From an uncultured Clostridia bacterium (GTDB taxonomy: Bacteria > Bacillota > Clostridia > Christensenellales > UBA1242): a DNA stretch of 64,000 nt. The stretch lies in NCBI GenBank assembly GCA_944377315.1, contig CALWEM010000018.1, positions 49,106 to 113,105 of the forward strand, written 5' to 3'. Positions 17,677 through 24,770 of the stretch are shown piece by piece. Numbering within the stretch: position 1 is the stretch's first letter; each line of letters begins with the position of its first letter. Both the position numbers and the translations under genes were made by a program. The notes below the pieces were generated by a model, which saw nothing but the letters and a program-made list of their open reading frames with translations, was not told the DNA's origin and did not search any database.

Positions 17677-18087
17677 ATGGTTGCTTTTTATATTATTGTT
17701 TGTGTGGCGGTTGTGGCTGTTTCAATATATTTTTTGATTCGAGAATTAAAGTCAGCCAAAAACGAAAGTGGTGAGAAAAAGGACAGCCGAAATGTGATTA
17801 TGAACAAGCGACAAATTGAAAAGTCAGTGCAAAACATTGAGAGTATGATTGTGCTTGCTGACGGAAATGACACATTGACCAACAAACTTGTGGAACTCAA
17901 AGATGAAATTCGCTTTCTCAACCCATCAAAAAGTTCCAAAGTGAAAGCGGTGGATGAAAAAATTGCCAACAAACTTGATGACATCAAGATTGAAATATCC
18001 AAGGACAAAAATTCTGAAGTTAGTTTTCGTTTGATTGAAGAAGTGGAAGGATTTTTGGCACAACGCGCAAAGGAAATTGAAGGCTGA
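17677..18087 (+). CDS. N-terminally membrane-anchored alpha-helical protein (candidate membrane adaptor)
   Basis: RBS aggagg. TM helix VAFYIIVCVAVVAVSIYFLI, then a 110-aa charged helical region. 136 aa. Confidence 0.6.
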   Translation: MVAFYIIVCVAVVAVSIYFLIRELKSAKNESGEKKDSRNVIMNKRQIEKSVQNIESMIVLADGNDTLTNKLVELKDEIRFLNPSKSSKVKAVDEKIANKLDDIKIEISKDKNSEVSFRLIEEVEGFLAQRAKEIEG

Positions 18088-18434
18088 TGAAAAGAGAATT
18101 GAAGGTTGGCAAGAATGTGCCAGAAAGCGTTTTGAAAGAGTTGAAATTGGGCTATATCAATCTTGCTGACGGGTTTTTCGACCTTGCACAAACAAACTTT
18201 GACCTTGTGATTATTGCAGATCCAACTTGTGCAGATGCGTTTTGGGGATTGATGCTCGCTAAATGTCAGATAAGGAATGAAGATGTGTTACTCACCAATG
18301 CCACGCTATACAAAAACATCATCTTTTTGAAGGAATATCAAAACGCACTCGTCTATGCGGACGAAGACCAAAAGAATATGTATAATTATCTACTTTCCGA
18401 AATTTTGAAAATAAATTCGGGTGAAGAGTTTTAA
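18087..18434 (+). CDS. Small TPR-like helical protein
   Basis: TGATG stop/start overlap with the upstream gene. Motif LAQTNFDLVIIADPTCADAFWGLMLAK parallels EQATDEFDKILEIYPKSHEAYYGRLQAR at the N-terminus of the 1255-aa protein. Confidence 0.55.
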   Translation: MKRELKVGKNVPESVLKELKLGYINLADGFFDLAQTNFDLVIIADPTCADAFWGLMLAKCQIRNEDVLLTNATLYKNIIFLKEYQNALVYADEDQKNMYNYLLSEILKINSGEEF

Positions 18435-18443
18435 GGAGGAGTT

Positions 18444-19055
18444 ATGTGGTGGCCATTTAGGAAAAACAAATTCAAAAATATTCAGCGTGAAGATTTGGTC
18501 AATTCAATTTGCGAACTTGAACGCCAAGAACGCACCGTGGAAGCGGAAATTTTCCAAATGCAAAAAGAAATTGACGCGTTGATGGATAAAGGGAAAAAGG
18601 AAAAAACTGAAGAACTCAAACTTTTCTATGCCAAAAAAATTAATCACTTGAAAGAGCAGAAAGAAAGCACAATGCAAAAAGGTATGTATTTGTTGTATAA
18701 CATACGGCTGATGAACAAACTTAAAGATGCTTACGACAGCAATGCGTTCTATAAGACCAAAACAAAAGTCCCTCTTTCCGAACTTTTGGCTGACCAGAAA
18801 GGACTGGCAAAATTTTTGAACAAGGCGCTCGAAACCCGTATTGCTTCCGAAGATGTCTTGACAAGTGCGGATGATTTGTTCACTGAAATTCAAGGTGCAT
18901 ACGATGTTAATGAGTCCATATATGGAATGAAGAAAAATGATGAAGACCTTTTAACTTCTTTTGAAAAAGAACAACAAATTTTGGACGAGCAAGCGCTTTA
19001 TGAAGAAGCGAAGGAAAATAAAACAAAAAAGAAAAAAATAAAAATGGAGGAATAA
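18444..19055 (+). CDS. ESCRT-III-like (Snf7/CHMP/PspA superfamily pattern) coiled-coil protein 1
   Basis: 203 aa with RBS aggagg. N-terminus MWWPFRKNKFK is aromatic and basic, like Snf7 MWSSLFGW. Long heptad helices follow (ICELERQERTVEAEIFQMQKEIDALMDKGKK...INHLKEQKESTMQKGMYLLYNIRLMNKLKDAY), then an acidic C-terminal third. Confidence 0.6.
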   Translation: MWWPFRKNKFKNIQREDLVNSICELERQERTVEAEIFQMQKEIDALMDKGKKEKTEELKLFYAKKINHLKEQKESTMQKGMYLLYNIRLMNKLKDAYDSNAFYKTKTKVPLSELLADQKGLAKFLNKALETRIASEDVLTSADDLFTEIQGAYDVNESIYGMKKNDEDLLTSFEKEQQILDEQALYEEAKENKTKKKKIKMEE

Positions 19056-19059
19056 GAAA

Positions 19060-19656
19060 ATGGCTTGGTTTAAAAGTAAGAAACAAAAAGAAATCGAACA
19101 AAAAATGCTCATCAAAAGGACAATAAATTCAATGGAGAAGCAAATTGCTCGCCTTGAAGAACAAAAAAAGGTCTTTGTGGAAGCGGCAAAAAAGGCTAAA
19201 GAAAAGGACTTGGAGCCACAATTTAATTTGGCGCTTTCTGGCTACAAAATGACCGTTCAACAACAAAAAAGAGCACAAGAGATGCTTCTCAATTTTGAAA
19301 TTACTGCTCAAATGAGAGATGTCACAATGATGACAACCGAATTTTTGAGAAGTATGAGTTCAATCTCAAAAGAGATGAGCAAACTTGCAAACGCCAAAGA
19401 ATTTGAGAAAATCCAAGCACAATTTGAAGAAGCAATCTCGGCGGTTGAAACTCAAACTGACCAAATGGACGCTTTTATGGAGATGAGCCAAGAGTCATTC
19501 AGTCAAGCGGGTAAAGCAAAAGACGGAAAGGACCTTTCAAATGAAGAGTTCGAAAAATATATTATGGAACAAGTGGCTGATGATGAAAAATCAAGCGAAG
19601 ATATTGATGCTGAAATTGAAAAATTAAAGAAAAAGATTGAAGAAGAAGCAAAATAA
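19060..19656 (+). CDS. ESCRT-III-like (CHMP/Vps2/Did2 pattern) protein 2
   Basis: 198 aa. N-terminus is MAWFKSKKQKE. The N-terminal half is basic and the C-terminal half acidic. The collinear pattern LALSGYKMTVQQQKRAQEMLLNFEITAQMRDVTMMTTEFLRSMSSISKEMSKLANAKEFEKIQAQFEEAISAVETQTDQMDAFME parallels CHMP1/Did2 helices alpha2-alpha5. The terminal amphipathic helix is SSEDIDAEIEKLKKKIEEE. Confidence 0.7.
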   Translation: MAWFKSKKQKEIEQKMLIKRTINSMEKQIARLEEQKKVFVEAAKKAKEKDLEPQFNLALSGYKMTVQQQKRAQEMLLNFEITAQMRDVTMMTTEFLRSMSSISKEMSKLANAKEFEKIQAQFEEAISAVETQTDQMDAFMEMSQESFSQAGKAKDGKDLSNEEFEKYIMEQVADDEKSSEDIDAEIEKLKKKIEEEAK

Positions 19657-19670
19657 TCTTGGGAGAGAAT

Positions 19671-20789
19671 ATGGAAGACATCGAACTTCTGGGTAACACT
19701 TTTGACCTATATATGAAAAAGGGCAAAGAAGCAAAAGAAAAAGGGAATTATGCGCTTGCAAAGCGTAACTTTTTGCTTGCCGGCGAAACAATGATGAAGA
19801 TTGCCAAAATAAGCCAAGGCAAACTTAAAAATGTGAGAATGGACAGAGCAAAACGGATTGTGGAATTGTCCGAGCGTATTGGCACACAAAAAGAGAAGAA
19901 AAAAGAAGAAACTGAAGAAGATGAAGATGTCAAAAAATGGCAACAAGCAGAAATTCCAAACATTCACTTTTCTGATGTTGCTGGACTTGAAGAAGTCAAA
20001 AAAGCGATAAAGATCAGAATGATTAATCCTTTTCTTTATCCAGACAAATATAAACTATACAACAAAAAAACAGGCGGTGGGGTGCTTTTGTATGGTCCGC
20101 CGGGCACTGGAAAAACGATGATTGCCAAGGCGATTGCTTGTGAAGTTGGAGCAAAGTTCTATGCTGTCAAAGGCTCGGATATTGTTTCAAAATGGGTGGG
20201 CGAAAGTGAAAGAAACATCAACTCACTTTTTGAAGAAGCGAACAAACAAGACAAAGCGATTATTTTTATTGATGAAATGGACAGCTTGCTGGGCAAGCGT
20301 GGACAAGATATTCACAACGACAAGCGAGTCAATGAGTTTTTGCAACAAATTGATGGCTTTGCTGGCAAAAATCCAAATCTTCTTCTTTTGGGTGCAACCA
20401 ACAGACCTTGGGATATTGACACTGCTGCCACTCGTTCAGGGCGTTTCTCACAAAAGATATACATCCCACTTCCAGATGAAAAAGCAAGAAAGTTTATGAT
20501 TGAGAAAAATATGAAAAATGTGCCAGTGAGCAAAGATTTTGACATTGACAAAATTGTCAGCAAGACGGAATTATACAGCGGTGCAGACATTGATGAACTT
20601 TGTGACAGAGCAAAAGATGAACCACTTTTGAAAGCGATTGAAACTGACAAGATTGTGGAAGTCACAAACAAAGATTTTGACAATATTTTGAAAATCTTTC
20701 CACCAAGTGTGACAGAAAGTGAACTAAAAAAATTTGAAGAATATAATAACGATATTGAATCTTTATTGGTTAAAAACAAGAAAAAATAG
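19671..20789 (+). CDS. Vps4/CdvC-like AAA+ ATPase with N-terminal MIT-like domain
   Basis: ATG at 19671 with RBS gggagag is preferred over the TTG at 19659. N-terminal three-helix MIT-like region: FDLYMKKGKEAKEKGNYALAKRNFLLAGETMMKIAK...RMDRAKRIVELSERI. An acidic linker follows. Walker A GPPGTGKT, pore loop SKWVGESE, Walker B IIFIDEMD, then GATNRPWDID...GRFSQKIYIPLPD (compare Vps4 RIYIPLPD). Confidence 0.85.
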   Translation: MEDIELLGNTFDLYMKKGKEAKEKGNYALAKRNFLLAGETMMKIAKISQGKLKNVRMDRAKRIVELSERIGTQKEKKKEETEEDEDVKKWQQAEIPNIHFSDVAGLEEVKKAIKIRMINPFLYPDKYKLYNKKTGGGVLLYGPPGTGKTMIAKAIACEVGAKFYAVKGSDIVSKWVGESERNINSLFEEANKQDKAIIFIDEMDSLLGKRGQDIHNDKRVNEFLQQIDGFAGKNPNLLLLGATNRPWDIDTAATRSGRFSQKIYIPLPDEKARKFMIEKNMKNVPVSKDFDIDKIVSKTELYSGADIDELCDRAKDEPLLKAIETDKIVEVTNKDFDNILKIFPPSVTESELKKFEEYNNDIESLLVKNKKK

Positions 20790-23700
20790 ATGAGAGAAAG
20801 AATTTGTAATAATTGCGGAGGCAAAAAATATAAAGAGATAGGGCAGAATATGGTGAAATGCTTGTTCTGTGGGACTATCTATGTCGATGAGTATGCCAAC
20901 AAGGAAGAAGAAATTTTGATTGTTCAAGCATATGAGAAAATCCGCAGTTTCAAATTTGAACAAGCAACAGATGAATTTGACAAAATTCTTGAAATATATC
21001 CAAAATCGCACGAGGCGTATTACGGGCGTCTTCAAGCAAGAAACAAGGTGATATATTTCAACAGCAAGGAAGGCACGAAGCGTTATCCTTCCTTTTTTGG
21101 TAAGGAAATTCCAAACTATTTTGAAGATGAAGATTTTGTGAAAGCGGTGGAATTTGCTCCAAAAGAAATTGCGGAAAGTTATAATGAACAGGCACAGCGT
21201 GTGGAAAAAATCAGAGAAAATTTCATTAGCGAAGCCCAAAATCACCACTATGATGTTGTTTTGAACGCTCACAAAGAAAAAACAGAAAATTTTGAAAAGA
21301 TTTTTTCTGGACTCACAGCAAGAAATCTGGAAGTTTTTTTGCGTTTTGAGATAAAAAAACAGAAAAAAGATGTTGAAGCCTTCACTTTCCAAGCAATTAA
21401 CACGGCAAAAGTGGAAATTTTACTTTTGGAAAATGCCGACTTTTTGAATAATCCACGCGTTCGCAATCTTTATCAAAGATTTCTCTATCGCATTGAAGTG
21501 AAAGACCGATTTCCTTCAAGTTTTATTGTGGTCTATGACTCAAAAAATGTCCCAATTGAAGTGATAAAAAAGACATTCCCCAATTTGCAAAAGTTGTATG
21601 ATATTAATGATGGTAACTATCTTGAAGATTTATTAACATATGTCAAGTCGGCAACCGAAAGAGATTACAACAAAAAGGTTGGTCTTGAAAAGCGTGTTCT
21701 CAAAGAAGAAAAACCGCAAAAGAAAGAAAAAGTTGACATTGTGACGATTGCACCGGCAGAACTTGGGCATTATAATGTTGAGAATATACCACTTTCCGAA
21801 AAGAACAAAGTTAAGTGGATTTTTTACAGCATCAAAAATGGCGATTTTGAAACTGCTGAAAAATTAATTCAAGAAGAAAAAGAAGAGAATCCAAGTGGAG
21901 AAATTTATTTTGCTTCTCTTCTTTGCTCAAAAAAGATTAGAACCGAAGAAGAATTTTTCTCAAATATTGACAATTTCAGCGACAGAGAAGAACTTGAAAA
22001 GGTGCTGAAATATTCTTCTTCCACTTTTGCTAATAATTTTGTTAATAATTGGGAGAAGTTGATTGTCAAAGAAAATGATGTTGAGAACTATCTCAAATAT
22101 TTGGAATTTTTGGCTCAATATCAAAACTCAATGCACAACGAATTTCTCGATGAAGCTGAAAAACTTGCTGTCGAAACCTTGAATGAAAAATTGATTGACA
22201 AGATTTTGAAATGTTTGCCAGCTGACAATGTGGACAAATACACAAGTTTTTACTTTCAACTGGCACAAAAAACTGGCGATGAAGAATATTACAAGAAAAT
22301 TTTGGAACTTGACGAAGGACATCCGCAGGCACTTTTTGCTCTTTTTATGAAAAATTTTGACACAGTTGAAGAAAAACTCTCATACAGGAACAGAGATGAC
22401 CTTGAAAATGTTTTGAAATATTGTGACAAAGAAAGACGCAGTGGCTTTTTGACCGATCTAATCAATTTGGTCAGCGAAATTTCCTTCTATGATATCAAAA
22501 AAGCGGAAGAACAATTTGATTTTTTCCTTTCTTATATTGATGATGAAGAATGTTTGCAAAAAACTTTGATATCGCTTGCTTCTTTTTTGCAAGCAAAAGG
22601 TTTTTTCAAGTTGAGTGAAAAATATTTGACCTTGGCAATCAAAAATGACAAAGAAAATGCAGAACTATATTGGCAACTTATTGAAGTGAAAACCCATTGC
22701 CATAATGAAAGTGAACTTCTCACGACATCTGTCAAAATTTCAGAAATGGAAGATTGGAAAACTCTTTTGAATTATGCCAATGATGAACAAGCGGAGAAAT
22801 ATTCACAAGTGGTGGCAAAGGCGAACATAAGTTCAGCAAAAAAAGTCTTTCGAATGGAAACTTTTGACAAGTTGGTTTTGAAAGAAAAACTTCGCGATTT
22901 TCTTCTTCGCAACGACAAAATTTTGAAAGATGCACAAGACAAAACTTTGGCAAATTACTATAAAGAACAATTCAAGGCTTTTGAAAGTTATTTTGAGAAG
23001 ATTGAAAATGCCAACACTTTTGAAGAATATTATGACATTTTCACTCGACTTTTTGACCGTTTAGATATGATGGATTTGACCATTGACACTTCTGTCAATA
23101 TTGCCAAAGTTGGCACAAAAAAGACCAGTTTGGAAGTTTTGGAAAAAGAAGCAAAAAGGCGAGATGACAAATATCTTTCCACTGTGGAAGAAGAAAGACG
23201 CTGGCGAAGACGCAAAATTGTGCTCTTTTGTTGCTTGCTTTTGGCACCAATGCTTTTGGTGACGCTCTTTTTGATTATGGTGGTGAGTGCACCAAAAGAA
23301 ATGTATATGGTGTTCAGCCAAGATGGTGTCATCATTTTCACAATTTTGTCGGTTATTGTCGGTTTGGGCACACTTATTTATAACTCCATCAAAGTGGCTG
23401 GCGAAAAGAAGTGGCGACTTGCTCGATTTGCTATCACCATCATCGGCTTTGCCAATTTGATTTGCCTTCTTTGTGGTTTTTATATCTATCCGCCAGAGAT
23501 ATCAATTTTGAATGCTGACGAGTTCAACAAAATTATCCATAATGCAAGTTATGTCGATGTGGTTTTGGAAAATGATATTGACTTATCCAAATTTGAGTGG
23601 ACGGCTGTGGATTTCTATGGCAACATTGATGGCAACAACAAAAAACTTTTCAACATAAACTTTAAAAATGGCAAAAAATCGCTTGCACTTTTTGATGAAT

Positions 23701-24557
23701 TTGGTGGAAATGTGGAAAACTTGACCATTGAAATTTTGGAAAAAGAATATGTTGGTGTTGAAGAGTTTGGTGCGTTTGCCATAACCAACAATGGCAAAAT
23801 TGAAAACTGCACTGCGAACTTGTCAATTGCAATAGATTCGGATAATCTTGTTTTTGGTGGGTTTTCAGCCTATCAAGGTGCTGGCGAAATTTCAAAAAGT
23901 AAAGTCACGATGGAAATTAATTTGAAATCAAATGGAAATCTTGTTTTTGGCGGTATTGTTGGTGAGAGTCGAAGCAAAAATGAGATTAGCGAAAATATGG
24001 CATATGTCAGTGTGAATATTCTTGCAAACAAAAGCAAGGTAAATTTTGGCGGGCTTGTTGGAGAAAACAGCACTCTCATTTCTTTGTCAAAAGCAGAAGT
24101 AACTTTGAACCTTACTGGTGAAGAAAATGAAGTTTTGGTGGGTGGACTTTGTGGCAGAACATATCGCTCAATCAATGATTCATATGTGACAGGAAGTTTT
24201 GATTTTAATGAAACAAAAGGTGTGACGGCAGGTGGGCTTGTCGGCGAAATGGCAAAGCGACAACAGACGATTGAACATTCCTATCAAAACATATCTTTCA
24301 AAAATGCCACAGGAAGAATGGGAGCGCTTGTTGGGTATCTCAAAGAAGGAATTGTGAAAAACTCTTTCTCGGTCGCATCAATCAACAATATTTTGGGCGG
24401 AAGAGGCTTGAACGAAGGTATTGCACCAAAGCCGTCAAATTGCAAGAATTTTGAAAAGGTGGAAGATGTGACAGATGAATTTGGCTTTTCAAAAGAAATT
24501 TGGAATTTTGAAAATGGCTTGCCAACACTCAAATGTTTTATGGAAGAAAGTTTTTAA
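20790..24557 (+). CDS. Large multidomain membrane protein: N-terminal zinc ribbon + TPR-like/helical repeats (cytoplasmic), 3 TM helices, extracellular GLUG-repeat (beta-helix-like) domain
   Basis: The ATG directly abuts the TAG of the ATPase gene. Zinc ribbon CNNCGG...CLFCGT. Helical repeats include the recurring ELEKVLKYSS / DLENVLKYCD. TM helices lie at about nt 23217-23285, 23325-23385 and 23424-23490. The C-terminus carries repeated FGGFSAY, FGGIVGES, FGGLVGEN, VGGLCGRT, AGGLVGEM and GALVGYL. Confidence 0.8.
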   Translation: MRERICNNCGGKKYKEIGQNMVKCLFCGTIYVDEYANKEEEILIVQAYEKIRSFKFEQATDEFDKILEIYPKSHEAYYGRLQARNKVIYFNSKEGTKRYPSFFGKEIPNYFEDEDFVKAVEFAPKEIAESYNEQAQRVEKIRENFISEAQNHHYDVVLNAHKEKTENFEKIFSGLTARNLEVFLRFEIKKQKKDVEAFTFQAINTAKVEILLLENADFLNNPRVRNLYQRFLYRIEVKDRFPSSFIVVYDSKNVPIEVIKKTFPNLQKLYDINDGNYLEDLLTYVKSATERDYNKKVGLEKRVLKEEKPQKKEKVDIVTIAPAELGHYNVENIPLSEKNKVKWIFYSIKNGDFETAEKLIQEEKEENPSGEIYFASLLCSKKIRTEEEFFSNIDNFSDREELEKVLKYSSSTFANNFVNNWEKLIVKENDVENYLKYLEFLAQYQNSMHNEFLDEAEKLAVETLNEKLIDKILKCLPADNVDKYTSFYFQLAQKTGDEEYYKKILELDEGHPQALFALFMKNFDTVEEKLSYRNRDDLENVLKYCDKERRSGFLTDLINLVSEISFYDIKKAEEQFDFFLSYIDDEECLQKTLISLASFLQAKGFFKLSEKYLTLAIKNDKENAELYWQLIEVKTHCHNESELLTTSVKISEMEDWKTLLNYANDEQAEKYSQVVAKANISSAKKVFRMETFDKLVLKEKLRDFLLRNDKILKDAQDKTLANYYKEQFKAFESYFEKIENANTFEEYYDIFTRLFDRLDMMDLTIDTSVNIAKVGTKKTSLEVLEKEAKRRDDKYLSTVEEERRWRRRKIVLFCCLLLAPMLLVTLFLIMVVSAPKEMYMVFSQDGVIIFTILSVIVGLGTLIYNSIKVAGEKKWRLARFAITIIGFANLICLLCGFYIYPPEISILNADEFNKIIHNASYVDVVLENDIDLSKFEWTAVDFYGNIDGNNKKLFNINFKNGKKSLALFDEFGGNVENLTIEILEKEYVGVEEFGAFAITNNGKIENCTANLSIAIDSDNLVFGGFSAYQGAGEISKSKVTMEINLKSNGNLVFGGIVGESRSKNEISENMAYVSVNILANKSKVNFGGLVGENSTLISLSKAEVTLNLTGEENEVLVGGLCGRTYRSINDSYVTGSFDFNETKGVTAGGLVGEMAKRQQTIEHSYQNISFKNATGRMGALVGYLKEGIVKNSFSVASINNILGGRGLNEGIAPKPSNCKNFEKVEDVTDEFGFSKEIWNFENGLPTLKCFMEESF

Positions 24558-24567
24558 AATTTTTTAG

Positions 24568-24608
24568 AAGAACATATTGAGAAACTATATTCAATATGTT
24601 CTTTTTGT
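24568..24608 (+). terminator. Strong rho-independent terminator closing the operon
   Basis: Stem gaacatattga (24570-24580) / tcaatatgttc (24591-24601), extendable by flanking A-T pairs, followed by ttttgtt. Confidence 0.85.
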
Positions 24609-24619
24609 TAAAAGATGCT

Positions 24620-24651
24620 TTTTCAATTGAAAATATTTTTTCAATTGAAAA
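24620..24651. promoter_or_regulatory. Two tandem copies of the perfect 14-bp palindrome TTTTCAATTGAAAA (candidate operator)
   Basis: Copies at 24620-24633 and 24638-24651, with centres 18 bp apart. They lie about 120 bp upstream of the ABC exporter genes. Confidence 0.5.
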
Positions 24652-24770
24652 TTTAGTTGCAAATAAAAATCTAAAGTGTTAAAATATTTAGTAGCAATTT
24701 TTGAAGCAGATTGCTTTTAATTATTTAAAAACGAAAATTTTGCATATATATTTATGTTTTAGGGTGATTT

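Noticed and set aside
19606-19656. Calling the C-terminus of the second ESCRT-III-like protein a bona fide MIM1 motif
   Set aside because: DIDAEIEKLKKKI does not register exactly on (D/E)xxLxxRLxxL(K/R). It is kept only as MIM-like, pending co-folding or binding tests.
21230-21560. A TIR-like pattern (HHYDVVLNAHKEKTENFEKIFSGLTARNLEVFL...AINTAKVEILLLENADFL) in the cytoplasmic part of the 1255-aa protein
   Set aside because: It only loosely resembles the YDVFISY...G..vF.d...i..s...ivvls TIR layout, and the key conserved residues cannot be placed by eye. This is too weak to claim without a profile search.
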